DNA of 59,166 bases, filler included, from Sphacelaria rigidula (GCA_964200075.2; 2 parts of 2 records of this genome joined end to end with filler, not necessarily neighbours in it), one strand, 5' to 3'; counted from the whole stretch's first letter, positions 1 to 12,975 are shown. Notes: a model not told the origin generated them from the letters alone. Numbers and translations: made by a program.

Positions 1-415
1 CTTTCTGCCCCCCTCACAAAAAGTTGGCTGCTACGTGCCTTGCTTTGGGTACGACCCAAAGAGAGTTACCGTGGGTATACCGGTACGTAAGAACACCACG
101 AACAAGAATCAACGACCACAAACCGCACACAGCTGTCGTGGTTGTGTGTGTGCGCAGGGGCAGCTGTCACGCTGTCACCCCGGGTGATAAAGAAGGAGGG
201 GGCCCGCGAATACATGCGGCGCAACTACAAATATCACCGGGGTGTGTTATATTGTGTACCCCCGGTGATAAATCGATGGTCTGTCAGAGACGCCCAAAAT
301 TACCACCGGGGTGTCGTATACTGTGGGGGGTTTCTTATATTGTGTAGGTGTCTTATATTGTGTCATTTACGGTATTCTTGTTGAAACAAACTAGCCGCCA
401 AGATTTATAACTGAA

Positions 416-3400
416 GTGATCATTGAGCGACGAATTGTAACGGTTGAAGACCTCCAATCCGAAAAAGTACCGGATGCTTTTAGCCGCCTCGTTGTAGCTT
501 GCACAGCCTTCATGTGGTCAGCAGTCAACACAACAGCTATGGTACAAGTAGCAAATCCGTCGAATCGGCACGTCCAACTCCCACGAAATTTGCTATTGGG
601 ATATATCTCACGAGTTGAGAGGAGTAAGCCGACGGAAAACGTCAGTGAAATTTCACGAGTCGAAATAAACAAGCCGACGGGGAACGTTAGTGCAATTTCA
701 CAAGTTGAACAGCAAAATACTGACGCAAGAAAATAAATAACTGACCACAGCGCTCGAAAATGCGATCAAAGATACCACCTTTTCTGAACATCATAAGAGC
801 CAAGTGCTCGATTTATGCATCAAACACAGGTCAGTCTTCTCACTGTCATCGCGGGAGCTAGGTTGTTGTACGATCGGAAAGGCAACTTTCCCCCTAGTTC
901 CGGGGACGAATATGGACTCTGTACAGGGCCAATCCCAGGATCCAAGAAGTCATCTATGAATGTGGAGATGAGATGGAAAAATACGGGATAATTGAAGAAA
1001 GAGCCAGCCCATGGGGCTCTGCGGTGACCATAGTAGCAAAACATGACGGTATAGCCCGATTTTGTGTCGGCTATAGATCCACGCTTAATTAAAGTCTTGT
1101 GCGAAAATCATGGCCTATGCCTAATTTGGAAAATCGTATAGACACGGTGGCAGGCGCAAAATTTATCTGTCTTCGGTGTACAGAGCGCGTTCCATCAGAT
1201 CCCAATAGCGGAGGAGGAGAAAGAAAAAACGGCCTTCGTCACCGAGAAAGGTAGGTGGGTGTTCAACCGAGTGCCGTTCGGCTTGGCATCTTCCCCGTTC
1301 ATTTTCTCGCGAATGATGGCTCTTACTTTCTCACATTTTGGACCCAAGAGCGATCTGTTAGTGTACACGGATGGTTTGGTCGCCTTTTCCTCCACATGGG
1401 GTAGTCACCTGGCTCTACTGAAAGACATGTTCAAAGCACCGAAAAAAGGAGGTCTTGCTTTCAAGCCCTCTAAAGTACAGTTTGGACCTCAGGAGGTCAA
1501 GTACCTCGGCTGCACTTTCCGCTGACGGGATCAAAATTGGGGAAAACCGCGTAAAGGCCATATTAGATTTTCCCACACCAACGAATATCAAGCACTTGCG
1601 TCCGGTGTTAGGAACGATCAATTATTCCGAACCTCGCACAGGTTTTCGCTCTGGTGGTGAATGTCACGAAAAAAGAGGCAGCCAAGGAAGTAGCTACACG
1701 CTGGAGTGCCGAACACGATGCAGCTTTCGCAGAAGTAAAAAAGGCTTCTCACCACTACTCCGGTCCTTCATTTTCCAGACTTAAAAAAAAGTTCACCATT
1801 CAAATCGACGCATCTGGAGAGGGTGCCGGCTCAGTCCTCACCCAAGATAAGGAAGGCAAAACTTCAATCGTAGCGTATTTCAGTCAGCGTTCAATCGTGC
1901 TCAGCGGCACTACTCTGCCACACTCGAAGAATGTTATGCAGCTGTATTAACTATGCAACACGGGAGGCCTTTTCTACGGGAGAGACATTTCACGTGTGTG
2001 AGCGACCATGCAGCACTACGGTACCTCTATTCCATGCAAGACACGAGCAATATGTTGACAAGATGGGCAATAGCTTTACAGTCATTTGACTTCACTGTGA
2101 AGGACACACCGGGGAACTTGAATATTGTTCCGGACACTCTATCGAGACTCTTTCGTTTCGAAAAGAACCAGAATAATGAGGTCAAACCTCTGCTCGCGCC
2201 AATTTGTCGGAACATCCCAGAGGACCCCGCATTACATGCGAAGAAACCGCGCCAACTGTTTCAAATTTCAGCGGATAAACTGGATAATCTGGAACCAGTA
2301 CAGAGCGGCAGAGAACTTTTTACTGTCAACGCTACCCACACGAGCGCTACACATATTTCTACGTATATCGACAAAGACAAGTCGCGAACCGAACAGGCAA
2401 AATAATATGGCTCTTATATTCAATATCTAACATGCGACGACGCACCGTTACCGGAAAAGGAGACGCTGACTTCCATGTTCTACTTGGTGCTCCGTGACGG
2501 TATTTTGTTCAGATCATACTTGCCGGGGAACCTTCGAAAAAAAGGCACCCGTCGCGATAGACTTGTGCTACCAGACGCTCTGCTTAACTTCGTTTTGCAC
2601 TCATATCACGATCATGTGTTGTCAGGAGGTCACCTCGGATTCAAGCCAACCTGTGAAAATATTAAGAACAAGTATTATTGGCCGACAATGAGCCAAGATA
2701 CGCGAAAATGGTGTCCACGTTGCCATTCCTGTCAGAGGAGAAAGACGGCCCATAACCGTCCGAAATTGCCTGTAGGCCACACACATGTGAACAGACCTTC
2801 TGAGCGGATATCGATAGATCTTGTCGAATACAAGACGATTTCAAATTCATCAGCCGGTGTGCCGTGTAAGTAGGTATTATTTGTTATGGATCATCTGACA
2901 CGATATGCACTGTTTATTCCCATCCCGAACAAATCAGTCAATACTGTGGCAAGAATTCTGGTCGACCGTGTCTTCACGAAATTTGCGATACCAGAAAAAT
3001 TACATTCTGATCAGGGCAAGGAATTTGAACACCGGGGAATATACCAGTTGCAGTTGATCCTGAAATTTGACGAAACACGCACGACACCGTTCCGCCCTTG
3101 AGGCAACTCTGTTTCAGAACGCGTACACTCGAACTTGCACGCCATGTTAGCCGTGCACAGCTCCGTCAAACAAGACAACTGGGCGACTATGCTACCCTTC
3201 GTGCAAATGGCGTATAATACATCATTCAACACCTCAGTGCAAGAAACACCCTATTTCCTCATGTTCGGACGTCAACCAAATTTACCTGTGGACGTTATTT
3301 TGGGCATTTCCGAAAAAGGGCACGCTGTCGATGTTGAACAATACGCGAAAGAGAGAAGGGACAACTTGCAGCTAGCTGTTGAAATTGCAAGACGCAACTT

Positions 3401-3916
3401 GAAAAAACGAGCAGACAAACAAAAGGCAAGCAATGATAAGTTCAAGTCATACCCTGTCTTTAAACCTGGCCAACAAGTGCTACTGTTCAGGCCACACCAA
3501 GACACAGATCGTCCAAATCCAAATTTGGTGTTACCGTGGCGGGGGCCTTACAAGGTCGTCAACCAAATTTCCCTGGTTGTCTATAAGGTTAAAATAAGCG
3601 AGGATGCTGTGGAGACGTCAGTACACCTCGCTCACCTTGAGCAATAGTATCCACGAGAACGACCCCCAGCCCCCGAGTTTGACCGACTCGACGAGTATTT
3701 CCTAGGCAAAAATTACCCATGCCTCAACTTGACCGTCCGGAAGTAACGAAACCAAGAGTTGAACGTTACGTCGTTGACAAGATGGTGCGCCACAAACGAG
3801 GCCCGAGAAGAAAGAGCCATCAAAATTACAAGTACCGTCTCCGTCTTCAAGGCTACGGGCCGTCAGTAGACTCGGAGTACCGAGCGGACGAGATCCACAA
3901 GGTCAACAACTCATGA
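416..3916 (+). pseudogene. pol: Gypsy pol pseudogene (reverse transcriptase, RNase H, integrase, chromodomain-like C-terminus) with multiple stops and frameshifts
   Basis: RT: PWGSAVTIVAKHDGIARFCVGYR, FNRVPFGLASSP, VYTDG (degenerate YxDD). RNase H: IQIDASGEGAGSVLTQ, SDHAALRYL, LTRWAIALQSFDF. Integrase: HDHVLSGGHLG...CHSCQRRK, ISIDLVE, LHSDQGKEF, SERVH, PWRGPYKV. Chromo-like: YVVDKMVRHK...YKYRLRLQGYG. Split over about 9 ORF fragments. Confidence 0.93.
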
Positions 3917-3939
3917 ATGCGCATCGAATAAAACACGTT

Positions 3940-4570
3940 AAATAATACGCGCTAATTTGACTCACCATCTCAAAATTTAAGGCGAGTTGAAAAACAAATC
4001 GTGTCATACTCATTACATGACTAACAAAACTTTGATTGATTGATTGATTGACTGTCGCGCATTCACTGACCCCCCAGGAGTCCAGCCGTGGTCTCATGAT
4101 AGACGTACCCAAAAAACACGAAACTGAAACACGCTCTGAAGAAAAGAAGGAACAGAAAAAGAATAAGTCGAACAAAATGCCATGACAGACAAAGTTGTCA
4201 CAAAAAAAAGTAATATAAAAGTCAACACAAGCAAAGCACAGAAAGAAATGGCCGACCTAGAACGACAAAAAAAGGGAAAATGTCTGGGAAAAAATCGCGT
4301 ATCAAATCAAACCAAGTTGAATAATACGCGCTAGCATGACCCGCCGCCCCCAAAATTCGCGAAAAAAAAAAAATTATAAGGCGAGCTGTAGTAATTTTTC
4401 GTGTCAAGCCTACACGACTAACTATTATTCAGACATGAACGCGTATCGATCAATTCAAGATTGGACAATATGCGCTGACTTGACTCGTCGTCTCAAAAAT
4501 CCGGAGAAAAGAGGCAAAATTATAAGGCGAGCTGAAAAAAAAGTCGTGTCATATCTACACGACTAACAAT
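3940..4570 (+). repeat. Three diverged direct repeats in the retrotransposon 3' non-coding region
   Basis: Motif TAAGGCGAG(T/C)TG...TCGTGTCA...TACA(T/C)GACTAAC recurs at ~3979, ~4377 and ~4523, each preceded by AATA..CGCT-like sequence. Confidence 0.7.
4032..4097 (-). mobile_element. Short 5'-truncated retroposon 3' end with (TCAA)n tail
   Basis: (TTGA)5 run followed by GTCGCGCATTCACTGACCCCCCAGGAGTCCAGCCGTGGTCTC, resembling the 3' end of the SINE copies at 14151 and 35312. Confidence 0.45.
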
Positions 4571-5127
4571 AATATCGGGACAGATCTCACGACCAAAATA
4601 CAGGTCAACGGTGAAGAGAGACTTGGTCTTTGAATCAAGGCCTTATCAGCATAAGGGAAGCTTGCTGACAAGGATTACCGTACAAGCTCTCTCAACTCCG
4701 AGCAAAATGCTCTGAGAAAAGAAAAGCACATTTTCCCCATCGTTGTCTCCGATATCAACCACCCTGGTTACCTTATATTATCACGCGACCACCCTAGCTC
4801 TACCCCTCTGCAAGTCATGAGCGGACCTCATGGGAGCAGACCGTCGGATACGGTAATCTGTGCAGATCGTTCAGCTGATCACCGAATGAGACTTGCACGA
4901 AATTTAAAGGAAAACAATTCATTTTCCATTTTTTTTACACGAGCCTGTAGGAGAACGTCGATAATGTTTTTGGTGAGTGTTTCTCAACACCCAGTATAGA
5001 GGATATGACGCGTTCGACTACAGGCTACTATAAAAGTCTCGCAGAAGCACATACAAATTAGACTCCCAAAAATACCATTCTCCTGAATGCCCGCCACGAG
5101 CCTTCACAGGTGGACTCAAGGCGCATC

Positions 5128-5141
5128 AAAGGGGGGGAAGA
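5128..5141 (+). other. Polypurine tract of the retrotransposon
   Basis: AAAGGGGGGGAAGA directly abutting the TG start of the LTR. Confidence 0.85.
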
Positions 5142-5491
5142 TGTTGAGATCGCCATTTGGGCACATGCGGAGAGATTCCCTTTTATGACGTGTAACCTAG
5201 TGAATGGCTGTTACAGGGGTAGGTCGCAGGAGCCCCGAAACTCCCGTATCCGTACAGCCGGATCTGGGACCCCAAGGTAACAGGGATCTTCCCAGCGAAC
5301 TGCTGGCTATACCTGGGGATCACTTCGTCTTCGTCTCCGGGCTAGCTCGCCCGCGGTCGTCGAGATTTTCCGAGTGATCTACTTGCCTCAACGCCACGAC
5401 TCACGGTCAATCCTTGACTACATAACACGCTGAAAATCATCGGCCACCTTCGACGGTTCCTACCGTCACCGGGAGTCTCACGACCTCCACA
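5142..5491 (+). repeat. 3' LTR (350 bp)
   Basis: Starts TGTTGAGATCG and ends CGACCTCCACA (9/11 inverted match, TG...CA), right after the PPT. The 5' LTR is not in the window. Confidence 0.78.
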
Positions 5492-6479
5492 TCAGTACTA
5501 AATATTGAGTGACTTACGGGCTGACCGGTCATCGGGCGTACTGCCAATTTTTAGCCAAGATTTTGACTGTTCTGTATTTTTGATCGATGGATACTATTCC
5601 GATCGTAATTTTGGAGAAACTAAATGGATTTTTTTTTCGAAATTCTACCTACTTATTGCACTCGAGCCGAGAAACTGTGTTTCACGGTCAAAAACACCCT
5701 CCTGATAAACGAGGTATCTACTCGTATCGCCCGATAACACCAAGTAACACTAACTTGGGCACTGTGTTTTGCGCAGGATCTGTTTACGATAACAAACTCT
5801 ACCGACACTAGCACTTGGGAGTTCTGTCGAAGTGTAGTACGCGAGAAATTCCTGAAACAACCCGGAATAGTTCTGATGCTGACCACCATATACGAAAATA
5901 CGGCGGTCTTTCACCGATCAGATGAGAGAAACGAGTGGTATATAAGTGGCAAAATAGCTTTGATTGACCCACACATTGCGCCGCTGCAAGACAGGCAGCT
6001 GCTACCATCAATCACTGAGGATACAACATCTCCGTGCTACGTCAGTTTGATAGCCCCAAGCTGCACGCAACCGCCTTGCGCGGTGATAGAACTGAAACGA
6101 TGGGTATTGGGAGCGCCTTGTTCGTTTGACGAAAGAACGAACAGCCAACACACGCCGTACTGGCTTCAACAGTGTGTAGACAACACTGCGTGCCGACAAA
6201 CATTATTTTCGGCAAAGACGAACGCAGTGACAGTAAGGCAGCTCAAGCAGTCCCAGCGGAGACCAAATCGTCTCCGCAAAGGTCTCAACACACCATAGCG
6301 CAAGTACAGCTACAGCACATGGGAGAGGGCGTGAGTGTGTTTGTGCTGCAGCACAGTGAAACAGGACATGTCCCATGGGATAGTTCTCTCCTTAATTTTT
6401 GACGGGTTTTCAATTAATATGAATGAAGTAAATGATAACGTACATCCTTGTGCAACTCCTTGTAAAATATATATCCAAG

Positions 6480-7270
6480 TTTTGGGTAGTGTTGGGATCG
6501 TACCGAACTCTATCCCATTTAGGTAGAGTATTGAAATCATACCCCAGAGTTTCTCCATAGCCGGATATTTGAGACTATCTACCCAGTTTTGGGGTATAGT
6601 GTTGAGATTATAACCAAACTACCCAATGTTGAGTATTGAGATTATACCCAAATTTCGGCTAAAGTAGTGAGATCATTACCAAATTGCCCAATATTTTAGT
6701 GTTAGGGTCATCCCCAACTCTACCGAAATTGCGGGAAGAAATATTGATATTGAACCCGATTCTACTATTTGATTTCATACCCAAATTATTCAAAACTTGG
6801 GTAGAGTGAATTTCCGGGTATCGCCGAAGGTTGTTCGAAATGTGCTGTATAGACGGGCAGGGTATCGGGGAGCGAACATATCGAAGTATTGCCAGTCATG
6901 TGTATGATACATACCGGAGTGTTGTACCTGAGTATTCGGACGTTCCACTGGGGGTTTGTGACGCGCTCTAGTCGCCTGCAACTTGAGAAAAGCGAAAACA
7001 GCCTACACCATGAAGAAGCACGTAATGACAACGCCACGGAGCAAATTGAATATTCGATACCCGGGTATTGCTGAGATTACTTACCCCTCTTTTGGTGATA
7101 GTATTGAGACCGTACCGTGGGGAGATGGCTTGATCCCTTGAGACCACGGACTCGCCCCGAGGAAGGGGTGGGTTCAAAGTGCGACGCAAAAAAAATACAA
7201 CCCCCCCCCCCAATTGCCCAGAACTTGGGTAGAGTGAATACCCGGGTAATGTACCCGGGTACCCGAAAGT
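6480..7270. repeat. Degenerate ~35-40 bp tandem repeats (TTGAGATTATACCCAAA / TACCCGGGTA family), probable non-autonomous TE interior
   Basis: Recurring GTATTGAGATTATACCCAA-like units at 6480-6790; ACTTGGGTAGAGTGAAT repeated at ~6795 and ~7223. Confidence 0.6.
7111..7195 (+). mobile_element. 5'-truncated SINE copy (3' end plus A tail)
   Basis: Reverse-complement match to 14151-14242 and 35312-35392 (TTGATCCCTTGAGACCACGGACTC...GTTCAAAGTGCGACGCAAAAAAAA). Confidence 0.7.
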
Positions 7271-8469
7271 ACACAGGCTAACCGACCTGCCCGTGGAATA
7301 AGTCAAGGTTGCTTTCTGTAGGGTGTTCGGTTTGACTTTAAGGCATTTACAGAAGTACAACGGAGGCATTTTATTGGTAAATACCCTTCCGACCATGCCG
7401 GAGTCTTTGGAACAGGGCTCTATACCCTGCCAAGCCATAATGGATGCCACCTCGTTCTTCAAATGGCGCAATGAATACGGGTCGTATCAAACGTAACAAC
7501 AATCGGAGTTGGAGGTGCAAGGAGCACCATTCGTTTCTTCCCTCCGCCAGTGGCAGATGACATATATTTTGGTGAGGGATTGAGAGACGTGATGTGTGTT
7601 GAGAGATATGGCGAGTCGGTCTTGGTGAAGTACAGCAGGAAAAATCCAAGAAAATGCGAGTGAGCAGCCTCGGAAGATGGCTATGTGGGCAGAGTAGGCG
7701 TGCTTTACACTAGGTACAGAAGAAAACAGTTACAGGGAATGCAGTGCAAATGATATGTCTTGACGTGAGATGAAGATGTGTTCTACAGCACAGCCACGCA
7801 GTTACTTTCTGTTTCTCTAGTGTAGAAGCAGGTGCAGGGCGTACACGTCGATGACTGTGAGTGCGACGGAAGATACCACCCGACACTCACTCTTGCGCTT
7901 TGCCCTCCTCAACCGAAGCACTTGGGGTGATGATATAAGCTACCCAGTGGTGATTTGACATGCATTGAACCCATTAACAAGGAGAGCAACACGATATTGG
8001 GAATGTGGTCTTCCCTCAAGCTTGTTTTTGTTGTTAACTGACTTACTTCTGCTGTGTGATCTTGGATGGTACCTAGTGTGGGGACGGGTCAGCCGATATC
8101 GAAAACATGCAAATGTGGGTACGTTAACAACGAGTCATCTGATTCCTAGGGCAAAACCGTACAGCAGTAGAGGTGCCAGCGGAATAGCTATCATAAAAAA
8201 TGGCCAACTCAGTTGGTGTACTTTCAACTACTAGGGGGTATTCAGTATGTTAGCATATATGTAGCATGTATGCAAATGTCATCACAACGACCTACGGGAC
8301 TAGCCTGCTGAGACCGAGAACGAAGCACATTGGGAACATCCCTCAGTATAGAAGGAACACTGGGTGCTGTAGTGTAGCATCGCCTCTTCAGGGCCGGGTC
8401 GTGGTGTGCCCCTAGCTAGGTGCCAAGTAGTGGCCACTTTGAAGGTGTGCACAACCCGAACAAGAAGCT

Positions 8470-8880
8470 ACTGAGCAGTTGTTAATTGCAAGTACAAGTA
8501 TCAGACGTAAGTGTATGCTCGATAAGTATTTTGTCGAGTCTCTGACCGAGTAGTTGTATGCAAACAACTTCAATAGTTGCACAGTGTTGTAGCCGAGTAG
8601 TTATATTGCAGACAGTTGATTGTATAGGGTTCTGATCGAGTAGTTCTTTCTCAATAACTACAGGTTTCCGACCGAGTAGCTGTTTTTGCAAATAACTAGC
8701 TGTACAGGTTTGTGGCCGAGTAGCTGTTGTTGCAAACAACTTTTACAGGTCTGTGACCGAGGAGTTGTTTGCAAATGACCAATCGTGCACATTTCTGAAG
8801 GAACGGTTGTTTGTTGTTTGCATACAAATAGGTGCAAAGGCTACTGACCGAGTGGTTGTTCGCACGCAACTATTATAGTA
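8470..8880. repeat. Degenerate minisatellite, ~35-45 bp unit with core CCGAGTAGTTGT..TGCAAA
   Basis: About 7-8 recognisable copies of (GA)CCGAGTAG(T/C)TG. Confidence 0.75.
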
Positions 8881-8884
8881 GTTA

Positions 8885-10375
8885 CAGCCTTCTTCACGGA
8901 AAAAAACCCAAAATCTGTCATCAGCAAATGCCTTCTGCACTACGCACCCAATAGTCGCATACATGGTATCATACTGACCCCAATGAACAGACGAAGACGG
9001 CGACAAAGTAGGATTTTTTTGAAGGCTATAGCGGAGGCGCTATGGACAAGAATGTGTCTCGACCAACCAGCGCCTTTGAAACTGTTCCGAAATTGAAAAT
9101 ACGAATTCCAAGCCCAATTTCCACCGAATATCCATATGCTTCAAATCTTAGCGACCATCATCACCTCAAGAATCTAACGGCAGAAACGGATTTGAAAACG
9201 GTTCCAACGGGGTCGAATTATACCCGAAACCGTAATGGTTCGCTGATGTGGAGTTTGGCGTCGTCTCATTTCCACACATGATACGCAGGGAAGGCTCAGG
9301 GGCCTCATGACGATTTCCCATCTGTTGTAGAAAAGCTCAGACCATCCACAAAATTTGCAGTTCGGTAGGTATTGATGCTTCAGATGGAGAAATTGTGTTT
9401 TTGGTAAGGGTTCAAAGTTTCTCCGTTCTTTACCGGCTTCCGGGGGTCCCAGTACAAGGACTCCCGGAAGGCGGTACAGAATGACCCCAAAAACAATGAT
9501 AATACGATGCGTCCCGGAATGGTCCAAGGAACACATGTACGAAATTTGGTGGAGAAACTCGAAAATTTCATACAATGTTTCCTGCCTTAACGATGTTTTC
9601 ATACTCAAACCAAGTAGTGGGGAGTTTGCACGTTTTGAGCTCACATCCTCGCACAAACGCGCAAATCTTCACTCATTCATTAGGACTCGGACCGTGAAAC
9701 TTTGCACGAATGTGCTATGAATCTTTACGCTAGTTTCGATCAACAAGGTTTTTTCAATTTTTGAATTTTTTACCGCTATTCGGGGGTCCGATGGGATCCA
9801 AGTCGTTTTTTCGAAGTCGTCCATTCTGAGACCCCGGAAAACCAACACTACGTTTTTTTTCTCATTTTTTTCGCGAACGCTCTGTCGCCGCAAAAACCAA
9901 GGAAGAACCCCACAAAGTTTCGTGGCCAAACTCGATTTACAGGTGCTTGAATGTTCAGGTTCACGTCGAAAAAGGCCCAAAATCACCATTTTCAAACTAG
10001 AACGTAGTAGTTTGCCGTTTCACCATGGCACGGCAAGGTTCATAGCACAAACGCGAAAAATTTCACGCCGTTTTAAGGAGTCAGACCCAGAAATTTTGCA
10101 CAACCGTGCTATGGGTCATTTCACACCGTTGTGTGGACGAGTTTTTCTTTTTTTTTCTTCAGTTTTTACCGTTTTACGGGGGTCCGACTGGATTGAAGTT
10201 TCCCCGCAAAAACTAGGACCCCGGAAAAACGGTGAAAATGTCAAGAAGTATCAAAACCTTGACCTTGGAAAGTTGCGTGTTGATCCATAGAACACCTGTG
10301 CAAAATTTCAGGGTCTAACTCCTTCAAACGGCGTGAAGTTTTGCCGATGACTTTTTTTTTTTGTGAACCAGACTG
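8885..10375. mobile_element. Non-autonomous TIR element (Tc1/mariner-like ends) with internal direct and inverted repeats
   Basis: Left TA|CAGCCTTCTTCACGGAAAAAAA..GTCATCAGCAAA vs right TTTGCCGATGACTTTTTTTTTTTGTGAACCAGACTG|CA. Internal palindrome 10054-10190 vs 10215-10345, and a direct repeat ~9655-9790 vs ~10050-10190. Confidence 0.55.
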
Positions 10376-11330
10376 CAGCTGTAGTTATCCAGGATGTGAA
10401 AATGTGCAACATGTATTAGGGCAGATGTGACGGGGATAACACGGGTCCACTCACATGTAACGGGAATATTCACATGGTTGCTATGCTACTGCCCACTGAT
10501 CTGTCTCCAACAAGCTTTCCGCAGGAAGAACTACACATGTAAATGCCCAAGACGTTAGCGCGCAGCCGATAGGATGACGACAATACTCGAAGGCTAGTTT
10601 ACAAGACTGCACGGGCCAGAAGATTGGTTTTTGTGCTAAACTATGCATCTTCAAGGTCCATGTCCACTACCGCTCAATATACAATTTTTTAGGCACTCCA
10701 ATTCGCAACGTGCCAGAGCCTGAATTTTTGGCGAAGTTGCCGAGATGTCTCCTTGCACGCATCGCGTGGTCTGTTTTGGGTGTGCTGGATGAGATCTCAG
10801 AAAGGGCTAGGAGAGGGACAGTGTGCTGTGCGTGTGGCGACAGCAAGATAAGCTCTTGTCATTGTGGCCACCAAGTCACCGCCAGCACCCTCACTGGCCC
10901 TCAATCACTCGTACCGCATACTTGAGTGCTTTGCTGACACTAGATACCCAAGGTCTCTGTGAATTTTGTGGCAGCTTGTAGCGCGGCGTTTGTGGCACCC
11001 TGGTTGGACGAGGTGCGCTCCCTCACCGCTCAGCTCAGGCGCCGATTTGTGCCAAAACACGTCTTGCCCACGCTGGCGAGCACCTTGGGTTGCCAAAGCC
11101 CCAAGTCCGACTATGGTGACCTGCGCTGGAATCAAGCATCCGTTCAGGCGTGGAACTTGGGGCGGGTTGAAGAAATTTTACTGGCTACAGTAGAGCACCC
11201 CTTGCTGCCTCGGAATTTCAGAGCCTCGGCCCTAGGAGTGGTCCGCGAGAAACATTGCATACGTCGGACGAGCCCGAGTGTGACTCGTGGGCCTCGCACT
11301 CGTTGGGCTGCTCGTTGGCCGTGAAAATTG

Positions 11331-12975
11331 ATAGGGCGAGCACTCGAGTCATTGCTCGTTGTGGAAACAAACTAAAAACTACTAGGGCCAGCACTCGAGT
11401 CATTGCTCGTTGTTGAAACAAGCTAATAGGGCGAGCACTCGAGTCATTGCTCGTCGTGGAAACAAGCTAATAAGGCGAGCACCTGAGTCATTGCTCGTTG
11501 TGGAATACTAGGGCGAGCACTCGAGTCATTGCTGATTGTAAAACAAATTAACCCCTTTGGGACCGGGCCCCCAGAGCGACCAATGAGGCTGGTTAGGAAT
11601 GACGTGTCTGACGTCCGCACTAAACAGTGGCACGTTGTTGAAAATCCGCGTATGTAACGACAGGGTTATGACGAAAACCGAAAGTTTCATCTAATCTATT
11701 TTCAGGTGCAGGGTGCGCATTAGGTAATGTACATCTGATGTAGCAAGCAGTATGGGTCGCGGTAGAGAGCTTCCAACAGGATGCGGCGACCGGCGGGCCG
11801 CCCGCCACTTGTGGCCTTGGATGATAATATTGTCCCCGCCACCTTGCCACACGGTCCCTTGTGGTGGGGGTGGGCCGCCATTTCCATCTTTATTGCTTGC
11901 GACAACTTCTGTTTAGAGGGTATGGGCATTGCGGCGCACATACATACATACAGTGCAGTACAGTACAGAGCAGTACACCTCCCCGACTGCAGCAGGAGCT
12001 ACCGCTGCATACCGCCTTGCACGTTCTGGGCAGTCCTCAGCGACGGAGATCAGCTGCCTATATACAGCTTTGTCATCCCCGCCCACTACATATATGTTCA
12101 CAGTGTTCTGCAAGTCATCGGCAGAGGGATACGCAGAATTCATGACGGTAGCTCCTTTTCTCTTTCCATGGCCCACCTGGGTTTAGTGCCTCGTGAACAT
12201 GGCCACATTGTGACATGTACACTCCTTTCCGTTTTTTCCACTCCATCCTGTGTTAGTGTAATTACTACGTTGTAGGATAGACTGGCGACCCCCCAAAACT
12301 CCGGGGAAACCCCGGGAACGCTATTTTGAATGCAAGCAATACAAAAAGCCATGCTCCAAGTAGCCTGGTTTGAGAAACCTGGGAAGGCTCATCTGGGCCA
12401 GGGATGGGGCCCCCACACGATCTTTGCAGTGACATCGCACTCGGCAACAGTCCCCGCGCTAGTTGTTCGGGTCCGGTCGGCAAATTTCGCCTCGCCGTGA
12501 TTAGGCAGGTCGCTCCCCGACTTACTTTTTACTATTTCACGAAGACTTGGTCAACCTCTTGTTAATGAGGGGTCGGTCCCATGCAAAAGAGTGAATAGGG
12601 CGAGGTTCTCGAGTCATTGCTCGTTGTGGAAAAGAATAATAAGGCGAGCACTCGAGTCATTGCTCCTTGTGGCAACAAACTAATAGGGCGAGCACTCGAG
12701 TCATTGCTCGTTGTGGAAACAGACAAATAGGGCGAGCACTCGAGTCATTGCTCGTTGTGGGAAAAACTAATGGGGCGAGCACTCGAGTCATTGCTCGTTG
12801 CGGAAAAAATTAGTAGGGCAAGCACTCGAGTCATTGCTCGTTTTGGAAAAAAAGTAATGGGACGAGCACACGAGTCATTGCTCGTTGTAAAGAAAAGTAA
12901 TGACTCGAGTGCACCAGTCATTGCTCGTTGTGAAAAAAAGTACTGACTCGAGCGCACGAGTCATGCTCGTTGTGT
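11331..12975 (+). repeat. ~14 tandem units of TAGGGCGAGCACTCGAGTCATTGCTCGTTGTGGAAA plus A-rich linker (blocks 11331-11547 and 12595-12975)
   Basis: 5 units left and about 9 units right of the nested insertion; period ~43-44 bp. Confidence 0.92.
11552..12591 (+). mobile_element. piggyBac-like MITE, copy 1 (~1.04 kb)
   Basis: TTAA|CCCCTTTGGGACCG ... CGGTCCCATGCAAAAGAG|TGAA; splits a repeat unit at a TTAA; full-length inverted homologue at 24449-25902. Confidence 0.82.

Larger units (their letters stand above)
400..5491 (+). mobile_element. Decayed Ty3/gypsy LTR retrotransposon (pol, long 3' non-coding region, PPT, 3' LTR); 5' part absent or interrupted
   Basis: Domain order RT-RNaseH-integrase-chromodomain (gypsy order), followed by a polypurine tract and a TG...CA LTR. 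Confidence 0.93.

Noticed and set aside
170..345. CACCGGGGTG / CCCCGGTGATAAA repeats as regulatory sites
   Set aside because: More likely the subterminal repeats of another TE abutting the gypsy element; boundaries cannot be resolved at the window edge.
7320..7430. Endonuclease (EEP) fragment GKYPSDHAGV
   Set aside because: A single short motif in a stop-interrupted frame with no other supporting motifs.
11781..12275. ORF similar to ORF 25389-25697, suggesting a conserved gene
   Set aside because: The similarity comes from two copies of the same MITE; frames are not preserved and no domain is recognisable.
11331..12975. CRISPR array
   Set aside because: Linkers are only ~10 nt, A-rich and similar to each other; there are no cas genes; the array is bounded by TIRs and a TSD in eukaryotic DNA.
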